A stretch of DNA of 64,000 bases from Anthoceros angustus (Eukaryota; Plantae; Anthocerotophyta), in assembly GCA_010909165.1 (NCBI GenBank), contig MU008160.1, positions 2,046,001 through 2,110,000 on the forward strand. Reading direction: 5' to 3'. The notes beneath the pieces were generated by a model. The model was given only the letters and a program-made list of their open reading frames with translations. It had not been told where the DNA came from and did not search any database. How positions within the stretch are numbered: position 1 is the stretch's first letter; each line of letters begins with the position of its first letter. The position numbers and the translations under genes are program-made. Of the stretch, positions 51,170 to 64,000 are shown piece by piece.

Positions 51170-54100
51170 GAGCCGCAGGAATTGCAGGAGAGGCATCACT
51201 TTTCTTCAATTTCGTGCAAGTACTAACCAAGGAGGCCATGACCAAGCCTACCATGACCAAGGGCAAGGAGGTAGTAGCTAAGGAAGGAGCGTCCACCAAG
51301 GAGGTGGCGCAGGAGCTGCAAGAGGTCTAAGGGAGGATCGACTGAGGGTGGAAATTTGACATGCCCTTATTTACGTGCTATGCAGGCCAGCTATCCTCTA
51401 GAGACCTTTCGACTTTCGACCTTGGGCAGCAGAGGAGAATATTCAGCTAGAGTGGGTGTATGGGCGACATTGGTCTTACACCAACCTTGAATTGATAGAA
51501 GAGTGTTTTGCTAATTTGCGCAGACGGAAGAGGAATTGGCCGCCACCGGATAGAAACGCACGGACGGATCCACGGTGTTGGACCGTAAGGAGCATACGCT
51601 GTATATGGCGTGCCGGATAGCGAGGATAGCGGAATCACGTTGATGGAAGGAACGAGGAGGCAAGCGTGCATCAACGGCGGATCTTCCCAAGGGAGCCCTT
51701 ACACTTATGCAAGGGCATGAAGGCTAAGTCCAAGAATGGTTGGCGACGGACCAAATCTTGGAGCCCAAGTGGAGATTGTTCACAAGAATTGTTTTGGGCT
51801 TGGTGAGCAATCCAAGGGTGTCATATTTCAGCACTACCTTCCTCCATTTTCTATGGAAGATCACTCAAGGAGCGAAGCCGGATTGGGGCTCATCATGTAT
51901 GAAGCATACACCTACCACCGGAAAAGTTGTCAAACCCAACGCTTGGATGAAGACACCCAAGGCCATGCTATCTTAGCACTTATCTAGTGCATTTGTGGGA
52001 AGTAGAGGGCTACTCACAAGTAAGGAGTTGGATGATTCCAAGCATCCCTTTAACATTGTGTACTACTTACCTGTGAGAGGGACAAGGAGTGCTTGGTGCT
52101 TGCGCTAAAGGAGGTGCAAGACCACCGGACATTATTGCCGGAAGGAATCCTCCAAAGATAGGCCGAGGATGCAGGAGGACTTGCAAGGAGAAGTTGTAGG
52201 GGATTTGAAGTTTGGACCAAGATGCGGAGATGGAAGGTAGGATAGATCCTACCATGGCGTGAATCCCGCGAGGGTGGGAGGTGTTCCCAGGGTTTGGGAC
52301 CCCTTCGCCCTCTCATGACAAGGCCTAGGCAGAATTAGTCCTACCACGGTAGGGAAGTAGTCCTACTAGGAGCACCTCCTACCACGGTAGGAGGGAAAAG
52401 GAAGTCACGGTTTGGAAGCTCCCAAGCGGAGATAAGAAGGCAACGGCCCCTGCTAGGTGGGCGAGCGGATGGAGTCACGGTGGGAGGAGTTGCCCACCAA
52501 GTGATGAGCGGGAGCTCATCATAGGGAAGCAAGGGATGTAAGATCCCATGAGCAAGGCAAAGGCCTTGAGTCTCCGGAGGTAAGAAAGGAGACTTAGACA
52601 TGTTGGAGGAGATGCTGCGATAGGGAGATGTTCAGAAGGTAGATGTAGGAGCCGCCAAGAGGAGAGTTGAATTCTTGAAGACGGAGGCGAGAAGACAAGG
52701 ACCTACCAAGCAAGGGAAATTGCGGGTAGGCGAGCGGAAACCCAGGGTGGAGGATGTTATGAGGATGGAAGCTCAAGTGGAGCACTTGGAAAAGAGTCTT
52801 GAAACAAGGCACAGGAGGCAAACAACTCATATTCGGAGAACAAGGCTCTTACCAAGCAATTGGCAGCTCGAGAGGAGAAGGTGGAGCAACTTGCTCACAT
52901 GGTGCACATGGAAAAGAAGGCAAGACAAGCAAGTGCTGCTAATGGAGGAAAGGTCAAGACGAGAGCAAGCAAAGAAATGAGGACAAAGACAAAGGCAAGT
53001 AGGCGCACATGAGCGGTCATAGCCACAGCCGTGGAAGATTAGTGACATGGAAAAGGAGCTGGGAGAAACCACGGAGGCTGGAATTGAAGGAAGAAGAGCT
53101 GGAAGAACGGACACATTTTGTCCAAAGATTGGAAATGGAACGAGAAGTCCAAAGAACGGAGAGTGCACAACTCCTAGGAGGATAGGGAGTTGGAGGAAGA
53201 AATGGCAAAGGAGAAAGGCCGCCATGAGGCGAAAAGATATGTTGGCGTGAGGGAGCGTAGATTTCGGCCGATTATGCCCTACAAGAGAGATTGATCCGCC
53301 AACCGCAGTAATGAGAGGACGGAGAATGTGGCTCTCCATGTCAAGACCGTGAGCTGGCCTTGAGCGAGATGCTTACAAAAGCAAGTGTGAGCATGGAGTA
53401 TGGCTTGAGGATTACGAAGAATTGGAGATGGCACAACAACGATTTGCAGCCCATCTTCACAACAAGGTGCTCAAGGCCACTAACGAGTTGTTGCGACTTG
53501 CTGAGAGGAGGATGTTGGGACCTCATGACGATGATAGGGAGGCCCTCATGCAAGTCCAACCGGAAGCCTTAGACTTGGAGAGTGTCCCAAGCAATGGGTG
53601 GAGAAACTTCGCACTGTGGAGAAGCAAGTGAAGCGGAAGCTGCAGTGGAGAGAATCACCTGTGAAGGGGTAAGGAAGAAGAAACAACTGTAGGAACTCCT
53701 ACCGTGGTAGGAGGAGTTCCTACCGTGGTAGGAGGGACTCCTACCGTGGTAGGAGAAGGTCCTACCATGGTAGGAGGGCCGGAAGAAGCAGGATTCAAAG
53801 GCTGCTAGCATGGATTTGACGGCAAGGGAGGCGAGTACCTTGGCCCTTGCAGGAAAGAAGGAAGAGGGGGTTGATCTTGCAGGAATGGAGCAAGAATCAC
53901 AAGGAGAAGACCAACCTCCCAACATGGGTGCAGGAGTAAGGAGCTCACTTGCTCCACAAGTGAGAGGAAGAGGAGAAGTCGAGGATGAGCCAAGGCTAAG
54001 AGAGCCCGGCTATTTTATTGGAGGAAGGAACTCAAGATAGGCATCAAGATAAGGAAGGGATTCATAAGAAGTCCTTAAATTAGCTTGAAGACATGGGGCA

Positions 54101-55203
54101 AGATGCCACTTGGGAAGACTTTTCTTTAGAGGAGGACAGCATTAATGCTTGTCACCAAAGAGAGTGTGTTGACTAGCTAGATAGGAATGTTGACAGAGCC
54201 ATTAAGGCTCACATAGGTGAATTTTGCTAGAATAGAATTTTACCCAAGATGCTTGGATGTCGAACTTAAAGTCGACAACAGGATACACTAAAATAAGGAG
54301 GCAAGGCTGTGGAGGGCGCTGTGGGAGGTCAGATGTGAGGACCTCCCTATAAAAGGAGGGAGCTTGTGAAGTAAAATTATCGTGTCTTGCGCCCCATCCT
54401 CCCGAGTCCTTCACTTTGTGTGAATTTCGTCCGCAAGCCAACGCAGGTCCGTAGAGAGGAGAACGCGCGGAGGCCGGGTGGAGGGCTTGCTCTTGCAGCG
54501 CCCGCTAGCCGCCCCTTGTGAATGGTTGTGTGAATTGTTTTGCTTTGAGTGTGTGGCGATGCTCAAGGAACTCTCGGCTTGAGGGTAGACTGCAGGAAAG
54601 ACTCGGAGGTTCTCGTCTGCAAACCACATAGCAACCGCCCAAGGAAGAACTCAATTCCTGACGGACCCTGTGCCAGCCGTAAGGGCGAGTTGGAATTAAT
54701 GAGCCAGAATTGGTGTTAGAGTAGGAGATTGTGGAGGAAGGAAGGGTAGATGAGTAGAGAAGAAGAGGGCGTTGTTGATTGAGAGAGTGAGGTGAATTAG
54801 AGTGTAGGAAAACTAAGGCCACGCAGAGCCTAAGGGACGAATCCCAACTGCAAGTAAGAGGGCGCCCCTGTGGAGAAGAGTGTCTTAGGAGTAGGGACGG
54901 TTGCGGTGTGGGTCAGGGGTCCCCTGGCGCCCGTGATAGACACCTTGTCATAAGACGAACTGCAATTGTGTGTGTAGGTTGAGGTTTGGTGAGTTTACGG
55001 CAAGACGCGCGGCTGCTGTAGAGGGAGCGTGAGAGGGCGCCTTGCTTGTTTAGAAGGCTGAGGTAGTGTGTAGTGCAGTAGTGACGGATTTCAAGATTCG
55101 ACTGCTCCCAAGTCTCATGGGACGAAACCCAACGACGAAACGACAGTGGGATAAGTGTGGCCGCTAGAGGGGAATCTCGGAGTGCCCCGGATCTCCTCCC
55201 ACA
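49970..55203 (+). repeat. Inferred ~5.2-kb 5' LTR containing an accessory ORF remnant
   Basis: Starts TGTGGAACGCAAAAG and ends CCCACA right before the PBS. Same layout as the TSD-bounded solo LTR at 10681-14671. TATA-like boxes at about 50467 and 54348. Confidence 0.65.
50690..54080 (+). pseudogene. LTR-borne accessory ORF remnant
   Basis: ATDQILEPKWRLFTRIVLGLVSNPRVSYFSTTFLHFLWKITQGAKPDWG.IMYEAY, followed by an E/K/R-rich coiled-coil-like region. Heavily frameshifted; boundaries approximate. Confidence 0.65.
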
Positions 55204-58200
55204 TTTTTGGCGCTGCCGGGACTTGTGGCTAAACAAATTGAAATTTTGAGATTTTCGCTAGCTTGCGATGAGCTGAGAGGATCTTGTAAGGAGGTGGAGC
55301 GGGGGTCTAGGAAGAGGCCTACACGTCCTGGAACCCGTGCGTTGTGAAGGAGGAGCTCCACGCCTCGAATGGTGTGATTTTTGTGTTCCCGCAGCAAGAA
55401 TGGCGCATGGCGGTTGGCTGATTTTTCTTTAACAACCGTGTTTTGGAGGCTATGAGGATGCTTGCAGATGACTAGCAGGGAGGGGAGAGGAGAAACCATA
55501 GGAGGTCACCCCACATCGCAAGAGATCTAAGAGCTGCAAGAAGAAATCAATGGAGGGAGGAAAACGCAATGGTTGCACGCGGCTCCAGGAGGAGGAAGAG
55601 CTAAGGGCGCTTGAGGAGGAGGTTTTTGCCCTTGCCTACAAGGGGAGCCAAGTGATCCAGCAGAAAACGCTCGGAGAAGGGACGCCGAAATCACCGATGT
55701 GAAGTAAAGGAGGTGGTTGAAGAGGAGTTGGTGTGAAGAGGAAAGCGAGGGGAAGCACCATCGAGCGCGATTCAAGTTCAGCTACCAGCACCGGGCCTCC
55801 TCAACGCTGGACCTTCGAAGTGATGGGTCTAGCTCAACCTCTAGCGAAGAAAGTGAAGAAGGAAGGGTGAGCGGGAGAAATTCAGCCTGGTCTCGAGGAT
55901 CTTGGAGCGCCTTGATAGGATCACGCCCAGCTCACCATCTTGGGACGAACGCCTAGGGAGACGCCATCCCACGAAGTGCCCAAATTTTGTGCAACACCCT
56001 TCGCAGAGAACTTTGGTTGGATAACTTACCGCAGAAGAGGGCGCAAGCACGCCGAGCTCATCCGGACTAGGGATCATGAGTGGAATCGGTGTAGGAGGGG
56101 CTTGCCACAACCCCACCGCCAGCAGATGTCAAGTTTGGGGAAAAGAGGAAGGCGACGACGCAGGCGCTTAGCGCACTTTGAGCATGTTTCATGCTAACTG
56201 GAGGATACGGCCGCCGATCGACGCGATCTTCCGGGTTGAGGGGCATGCCCAGCAGTGGTACCGAACTTACGGCAAGTGCGCTCAGATTGGGACTTTGAAG
56301 GCCTTCAATCGATTTCGGGTCTCGCCACGCCACCACACCGGCAAAATTGAGAACTCCGTAGGAAGAAGAGGGAGTCCTTGTTTGATTATGTTGAGAGGTT
56401 CTATGGCTACCACCGATCGAGTCAAGTGCGCCCGTGATGACACCTTGTCATAAGACGAACTGCAATTGTGTGGTGTCGTTGTAGGTTGAGGTTTGGTGAG
56501 TTTACGGCAAGACGCGCGGCTGCTGTAGAGAGGGAGCGTGAGAGGGCGCCTTGCTTGTTTAGAAGGCTGAGGTAGTGTGTAGTGCAGTAGTGACGGATTT
56601 CTCAAGATTCGACTGCTCCCAAGTCTCATGGGACGAAACCCAACGATTTAAACGACAAAGGGGATAAGTGTGGCCGCTAGAGGGTGCATCTCGGAGCCCC
56701 GGATCTGCCTCCCACATTTTTGGCGCTGCTGCCGGGACTTGTATAAACAAATTGAAATTTTGAGATTTTCGCTAGCTTGCGATGAGCTGAGAGGATCTTG
56801 TAAGGAGGTAGAGCGGGGTCTAGGAAGAGGCCTACACGTCCTGGAACCTGTGTGTTGTGAAGGAGGAGCCCACGCCTCGAATGGTGTGATTTTTGTGTTC
56901 CCGCAGCAAGAATGGCGCATGGCGGTTGGCTGATTTTTCTTTAACAACCGTGTTTTGGAGGCTATGAGGATGCTTGCAGATGACTAGCAGAGGGAGGGGA
57001 GAGGAGAAACCATAGGAGGTCACCCCACCATATCGCAAGAGATCTAAGAGCTGCAAGAAGAAATCAATGGAGGGAGGAAAACGCAGCGGTGGTTGCACGG
57101 CGGCTCCAGGAGGAGGAAGAGCTAAGGGCGCTTGAGGAGGAGGCCGTTTTTGCCCTTGCCTACAAGGGGGAGCCAAGTGATCCAGCAGAAAACGCTTCTG
57201 GAGAAGGGGACGTCGAAATCACCGACAGTGAAGTAAAGGAGGTGGTTGAAGAGGAGTTGGTTTGTGAAGAGGAAAGCGAGGGGAAGCACCATTTCGGAGC
57301 GATTCAAGTTCAGCTACCAGCACCGGGCCTCCTCAACGCTGGACCTTCGTAAGTGATGGGTCTAGCTCAACCTCTAGCAAACAGAAAGTGAAGAAGGAAG
57401 GGTGAGCAAGTGGAGAAATTCAGCCTGGTCCGAGGATCTTGGAGCGCCTTGATAGGATCACGCCCAGCTCACCATCTTGGGACGAACGCCTAGGGAGACG
57501 CCATCCCACAGCGGCCCAAATTTTGTGCAACACCCTTCGCAGAGAACTTTGGTTGGATAACTTACCCGCAGAAGAGGTGGGGCGCAAGTACGCCGAGCTC
57601 ATCTGGACTAGGGATCATGAGTGGAATCGGTGTAGGAGGGGCTTGCCACAACCCCACAGTCGCCAGCAGTATGTCAAGTTTGGGGAAAAGAGGAAGGGCG
57701 ACGACGCAGAGGCGTTTATGCGCACTTTTGAGCATGTTTCTCATGCTAACTGGAGGATACGGCCGATCGACGCGATCTTCCGGGTTGCCGAGGGGCATGC
57801 CCAAAGGGTACACCGAACTTACGGCAAGTGCGCCCAGATTGGGATTCTTTGAAGGCCTTCGAATCGATTTCGGGTCTCGCCACGCCACCACACCGGCAAA
57901 ATTTTGTGCAACACCCTTTCCGCAGAGAACTTTGGTTGGATAACTTACCCGCAAAGAGGTGGGGCGCAAGCACGCCGAGCTCATCCGGACTAGGGATCAT
58001 GAGTGGAATCGGTAGGAGGGGCTTGCCACAACCCCACAACGCAGATGTCAAGTTTGGGGAAAAGAGGAAGGGCGACGACGCAGGCGCTTAGCGCACTTTG
58101 AGCATGTTTCTCATGCTAACTGGAGGATACGGCCGATCGATCGCGATCTTCCGGGTTGCCGAGGGGCATGCCCAGCATGGCCGAACTTACGGGCAAGTGC

Positions 58201-58357
58201 GCCCAGATTGGGATTCTTTGAAGGCCTTCAATCGATTTCGGGTCTCGCCACGCCACCACACCGCAAAATTGAGAACTCCGTAGGAAGAAGAGGGAGTCCT
58301 TGTTTGATTATGTTGAGAGGTTCTATGGCTACCGATCGAGTCAAGTGCGCCCGTGAT
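54927..58357. repeat. Indel-rich tandem duplication of LTR end, PBS and gag start, with a further internal ~380-bp duplication
   Basis: GCGCCCGTGAT junction at 54927, 56428 and 58347. The gag segment AAATTTTGTGCAACACCC occurs three times. Confidence 0.88.
56721..56737 (+). other. Athila-type primer binding site (second copy with a 3-nt deletion at 55208)
   Basis: CCCACA-TTTT-TGGCGCTGCTGCCGGGA resembles the Athila PBS TGGCGCCGTTGCCGGGGA. Confidence 0.75.
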
Positions 58358-59330
58358 GCCCGGAAATCCACCCACATCGTGATACTCACAAGAGCAAGCG
58401 TTGGACTGGTTTGTGAGTGGACTATCTCGAAAGATGGAGGTACATTGCGGGGACTAAGACATTGGCGGAGCAATCCGATTAGGAGGAGTGGAATCACGAG
58501 CTAGGAAGAAGGAGGAAAAGAGAAGGAGTCATAAGAAGAGGAAGGGGTCCAGGAGGTCTAGCTCTTCTTCTTCTTCTTCCTCTTCCAGCTCGTCCCCATC
58601 TTCTTCTTCTACAAGTGAGGAGAGTGGTACCCAAGAGAGCTCCACGCCTGGATGAAGAATCCGAGAAAGCCTATGAACGACGATGAGGAAGGACTTGGAG
58701 AAGGTCAAGAAGAGGCAGGAGGAAGCTGAACGCTGGAGAAGGAGAGGAAAGGGAAGACGGTTCGACGGATGGAGAAGGAGAGACGCCCACGCAGGAGGAG
58801 GGATTGCGGCAAGTGGAGGCTTAGACAAAAAGATTGACAGAATTGGAGGTCAAGGCTGTGAAAAATCAAGCTCCACGGAGGTCACCTCACCTGCAAGACA
58901 GTTGATGTATTGCTCAATTTGTCATCAAACAGGACACACCAACCGGGAATGTATCCGAGCACCACGGCATGCTGTGAATCACGTGGAATCTGTCATGCCT
59001 GGTGATTATTGGTACGTGGATGAGGCTTACCAAGTGCAGGCAGTCACTGGAAGTCGCCCGCCTCAATCGATGAGGGCGACTTACCAACCCGCAAGACCGG
59101 CTGTGGAGGTATGGGTCACGCCTACCTCACCGGGACCATGGAGACCGGAGCCACAAAGGCCAATGGCAATTCCACCGGTGTCACATAATTAGGGACACCT
59201 GGTCATTATTCAATGAATGCCCGTAACCTAAACAAATGGGTTATGTACCTTTTGTCAAGTATGCAAGGAGTTGGGGCACAAGGTTGGTGACCCAAGGTGT
59301 CTGTGAGTAGCAAGGGTAGCCTCAAGACGC
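57000..59330 (+). pseudogene. Gypsy gag with CCHC zinc knuckles
   Basis: DDAEAFMRTFEHV, YCSICHQTGHTNREC (about 58907-58951), and a further FCQVCKELGH knuckle. Confidence 0.75.
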
Positions 59331-60149
59331 CTGTGGGTGAGGTTCACAGAGCTGCAGCGAAGGAACGCCCAATTCAAACCGCAATCACGGACCACAACGC
59401 CGGCTTTGAAGGTGGAAGGTAAGATTTTCTTGATGAATCCAGCGTGTATCTGGGATTGTAGAAGAAGGGTATGAAGGAGAGATGAGTGCAGAAAGGGCTG
59501 TTGGTGGCCAAAGTTACCACCGATCCGAGCCGAGAGAAAGACCGAAAATCCGGAAAGCGCCGTGAACGAGAGGAACGGAAGAAAAGGAAGGTGAGGGACG
59601 ACTCACCTTGGCCTCCAGACTCGTGGGGTCGGAATTTGGTAGAGGAGGAGGAAATGAAGAGGTCCATAAGACGCCTACCGTAGAGATGCTCCTACCATGG
59701 TAGGAGGAACGCCACGGTAGGAGGCGAACCTACCATGGTAGGAGGGAGGGAGTGACCCACCCACAAGCGGAAGAGGGGAGGAAGGGTGTTTCCCGACATC
59801 GAAGGAAGTGGCAAATGTTGGAGGATGAGCTAAGGAGGCTCACCCAACATGCGAAGATGGAAGAAGAGGCTGAGCTGAAATTGACAATCACGATCATGGA
59901 GTCCCAAATCAAGGGACCAAGAGTGTGAGGAGTTTACCAATAAGGTCGGAGCCGACCAGCATCGTGGCTGCAAACGGGAGGAAACATTGCCGACAAGATC
60001 TCCGGCCACGATGCATTGCTTGACCGAGAATTTGTGGTCACTTGAGACAATTGTTTGTGAGTCCAAGATCCCGCAAAATTGTGAAGGAAGCGATTAGGGG
60101 ATCCTCGAACCCATGGGGACGAAGGAGGCCGGTGGAGGTAAATGTGGTT

Positions 60150-63100
60150 GAACTTGTTGATTTGGGAGCGAGATTGAAATTGAGATTGCAGTGCTTGGTG
60201 CCTAATGTGCCATTAGATTCGGGTTCGAGTCAACTTGATGACGGAGGAGACATCGCCTTGGTTTCACCAAGTTTAACCCAATCCGAGTGTTCTTGAGGAT
60301 GGCGATCAAACAAGGAGGAAACCTTTGGGGTGCCGAGAAATGTGCCAACCGTGATTGGTGGTCTCACATTCCATCTTACCTACATTGTCATGAGGCCGGT
60401 CGATCTAGGCTACAAGGTTTTGATAGGCGTGCCTTGGTTGTATGGTACCGCTTGTGTCTTTGATTTGGCCAGCTGCATTACATTTAAGTCATGTAGGGTA
60501 GGGCCGAGGTCGCTTGTGTCATGGAGCAAGGCACCCTATGAAGGGGAGTCCGCCAATCTGGGTACACCTCGGTAGTACGGGGTGAGCTCTTCGTGGTGAC
60601 CGAGCTACGAGGACCCCCTGAGGTGGCGAATAAAACGAGTTGGTGTACACCGCCTACAAGTAGATGGTGTCGAGAGGAGGAGCCGAGGACGAGGCACATA
60701 GAGAAGGAGTAGCCTCGGAAGGGTAGAGCCTATGATCGCGATTTCCGACGAAGGATGTGTGGAATAGTGGGTGTAGCAACCGAAGGGACTTATGTAGATC
60801 CGACGGAGAGGACTTGGAGCTAGAACCCGCAAGGTGGTCAAGATCTCTGCATCTAGGAGTGGTAGAAAAGAAGAATTTCGAGGGTCCTTAGAGAATATGT
60901 CGATGTGTTTGCCTTCAAGATTATCGACATGACAGAATTCAAGAATTGGGGATACCGAATCGATTTGAAGGAGGGCAAGACTGTAAGGATCAAGCACAGT
61001 GCTGAATCCCAAGTATTCTATGGTCGCCAAGGATCACCGGACCAATACTTGGAAGCCGGGTGATTTATCCGCTTACCAAAGGAGTGGGTCGCCCCATTGT
61101 AATTGTACCTAAGAAGCAACAGGGAAGGTGTGTCGGATTTCGTGAAGTTTAATGAAGCAACGAAGAAGGACCACCACCCTTGCCTTTCATGGACAGCGCT
61201 TGACACGGCGCCATGAAATGTATGCTTTCTAGATGGGTACTTACAACCGATTGAGGAGGAGGACCAGACAAGACTACGCTCACAACCGATTGGGGCACTT
61301 ACGCTTATTCCAAGCTACCTTCGCTTGTGCAACGCCCCGCCACTTTTCAGTGGTGAATGCTATCTTCCGAGATTTTCGCGAAGTTCATGGAGGTATTTCG
61401 GATGATTTTTGTTTGGGAGGAAGTCGCACCTAGACACCTAAGACAATGTTTTCGTATGGAGTCCAACATGAAGCTTCATCCAGAAGTGTTATTTTGGCAT
61501 GACGGAAGGTATTTTGTTGGCACATCGAGTTTGAAGAGGATTGCAGGTAGATAAGGAGAAGGTGGCAGTTATAGCTGAGATGGACGCACCCCAAACGGTG
61601 AGGCAGTGCCTTTGTAGGACGGTAGGATATTACAGGAGGTTCATCAAGGATTTTGCTAAGAAGGCATTACCGAAATTGACCAAGAAGGATACACCTTTCG
61701 AATGGACGCAAGATGAGGCTTTTCAAGACAGCCGTGAGCACCACGCTACAGATTGGGAGAAACCGTTTCATGTATACGTGATGTGTCCGCTTATGCCATT
61801 GGGACCATCTTAAGCCGTAAGGACGAGAAGAAACGGGACCATCCGATTTTCTATGCAGAGATGCTCACGGATGCGAGAAGAACTACTCAACCACAGAGCG
61901 AGAGGGTCTTGGTATCATTTACTCGTAAGAAGTTTAGGCACTATCTGCTTGCTTGCAAAGTGACGCTTCATGTTGACCATTTTATGCTGAAGTACCTTGT
62001 GAACAAGCCGATTTGTCGTGAAGGATTGCCGTGGGTACTACTGCTGCAAGAGTTTGATTATGACGTAGAAACTAGGTTGTGGAAGCAAGATCGAATGTCG
62101 ATTTCATTTCTCGCCGAAACCGGAGAGCGACTTGAAGCCAGATGACCGATTTCGACGAGGAGTTGGTTGCCACGGCCTGGGTCGAAGGGGGAGGACGTGA
62201 GCATGTTGTGGACGGCCTAAGGATTGATCAGCAAGCCTTGCTGCCAGCAGAGAGGTCAAATGAGCAAGAAGGGAGCGCAGTGTGAAAGGCCGCAGCAGAC
62301 AACTGGAACCGAGAGGATAAAAGGGCGCCAGTATGGGCGCGAGGAGGAGGCTGGAATGCTCCTCAAGGGTGAGCAGTCAGGAGGCTGCAAGTGGAGGCCA
62401 GCCGTTGGCAAAAGAAAGAAGCGAAACGGATATGGGAGCGCCGCCAAGCAAAAGAAAAGGCGCCCACTTGGCGAGGTCGGCCATGCCATGGGGCCGCGAG
62501 GAGGAGAAGGCCCTAGGGAGGTAGGTGCGCCAGAGGGCGAGGAAGGAGATGCATCCCATGAGAAGCTTGAGCAAAAAGGAGAAGAAAATGGCGATTCATG
62601 GGAAATCACTCATGAGGTGGCCATGGTGCAAACAGCGAGGAGGTCGCCATGGGAGCACGAGCTGGACCTGGACACGAGGCTAGACCAGCAGGAATGGAAG
62701 AACCGAACGTTGTTGGAGGAGGAGCATGCAAACGCCGCAGCTCAAAACTGCGATGGACAAAGCGGGAGAAACTGGATTTGTGGATGGAACAACGCCGTCC
62801 GGGGCTGCGGCGAGGGCAGGAGGCGACGTGGTATGCGTGGAAGGAGGAGATTGAACGTGAGGGGCGTTCATGCCCAAGATCTGAAATGGTGAGGTACAAA
62901 TTTTCTAGAGCATGGAATCATGCCCGATGGTTTGTCTAGGGAGGGCGAGCTGTTTTCTCCACAAGACAGCCCCTTATTGCCTACGGATGGGGTCTTGTAA
63001 GCTTGGTCCGAGAAGATTCGATGTCCGGAAATTAGAGAAGCTGCTTTGGTCACGTTTTACATGCGTAAGAGGCTGGTGGTCATTATTCGACGCAAATCAC

Positions 63101-63991
63101 GTGAAGAAGGTCTTGGATGCAGCTCGTGGGCTACAATGCGAGGGATGTGGGAATTTATTAGGAGGTGTGATGCGTGTCGAGGGTTGGAAGGCCCACTTTG
63201 TCAACACAAAGGGCCTCTCACCTACATACTACCTTTGGCACCATTTGAGAAGTGGGTATAGATTTTGTAGGTCCAATCAAGCCACCCACACAATGGACAA
63301 GGAAGCAATATATCTTGGTGGCTACGGACTATTGTACAAAGATGGTGGAGGTCAAGCAACAAGAAAGGACGACGACCGCAGAGAAGTTTCTCTTTGAGAA
63401 CATTATAACGAGGTATGGATGTCCTTTGGAGTTGGTCAGTGATAGGGGAACTCATTTCCTCAACTCGGTGATCGAGACTCTCACCACCTACTTCAACATT
63501 CGGCATCGAAAGACAACTCCTTACAATCCCAAAGCGAATGGTTTGACGGAGAAAACGAATGGGCTGTTGTGTACAATCTTGACCAAGGTAACTGTGACTC
63601 ACATGTATGATTGGGACACTAAGCTACATTCAGTGCTATGGGCTTACAGGACAGCAGAGAAGGTGACAACCAAGAAGACCCCTTATTATTTAACATATGG
63701 CATGTCTCCTGATGCGAGAATTTGAAGTACCTACCTATAGAATCATGGAGGATGAGCGATGATCAGAAGATAGCCGTAGCTAGACTAGAGTCTTCATAGA
63801 GCATGAGGAACGAGGGAAGATGCTTTAGAAGAAACTCAACTGTGGAGCTTAGAAAGGATAGGCATGATGGGAAGTTGAGGAAGCAAGAAGCTATCATGGC
63901 CGGGATTTGGTTCTTCTATATGATAGCTATATGGACTTCCTGGAAGCTTAGATTGAGATGGATGGGACCTTATGAGGTGGTGGCAGTATGA
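60150..63991 (+). pseudogene. Gypsy pol: protease, RT, RNase H, integrase
   Basis: LDSGSS (protease), GYYRRFIKDFAK, DVSAYAIGTIL...KFRHYLL...LLLQEFDY (RNase H), FEKWGIDFVGPI, LVSDRGTHF, TTPYNPKANGLTEKTN, RWMGPYEV (integrase GPY/F). Confidence 0.93.
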
Positions 63992-64000
63992 GAATGGATC

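Larger units (their letters stand above)
48611..64000 (+). mobile_element. Ty3/gypsy LTR retrotransposon (non-chromovirus, Athila-type PBS), runs off the window
   Basis: LTR, PBS, gag with zinc knuckles, and PR-RT-RH-INT order. Confidence 0.9.

Noticed and set aside
54320-55203. Short 884-bp LTR defined by TGTGGGAGG(T)CAGAT and ATCT(G)CCTCCCACA
   Set aside because: Not preferred, because the TSD-bounded solo LTR shows ORF and U5 within one unit. It remains the main alternative until the 3' LTR is seen.

Overview
Eukaryotic land-plant genomic DNA. Compact genes with short introns suggest a non-seed plant such as a hornwort or lycophyte, but the species cannot be proven from sequence. The window has a gene island flanked by transposon-rich blocks. 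Host genes: the 3' part of a two-LIM-domain gene (1-1224), then a CML21/22-like calmodulin-like gene, EMS1/EXS LRR receptor kinase, SOL1-like carboxypeptidase D, NUP35 and FPA (25.6-43.6 kb). The left block (2-23.3 kb) is a nested stack. A decayed gene encoding a ParB/Srx-like domain fused to a beta-class N4/N6 DNA methyltransferase lies convergent to a Sola/DUF7869-like transposase remnant. That gene is split by a full-length Ty1/copia element, which is itself split by a 3,991-bp solo LTR with a 5-bp target site duplication (TSD). The right block (45-64 kb) holds a CRE-like non-LTR remnant and a Ty3/gypsy element with an Athila-type primer binding site (PBS). Main candidates for novelty: (1) the apparently transposon-associated ParB-methyltransferase fusion gene; (2) a gypsy family whose 3-5 kb LTRs carry a protein-coding ORF with its own TATA, plus clusters of CCTACC(A/G)TGGTAGG palindromes. 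Several indel-rich tandem duplications look like long-read assembly artefacts, so individual frameshifts in repeats should be treated with caution. Domain calls come from motif recognition by eye, not database searches.
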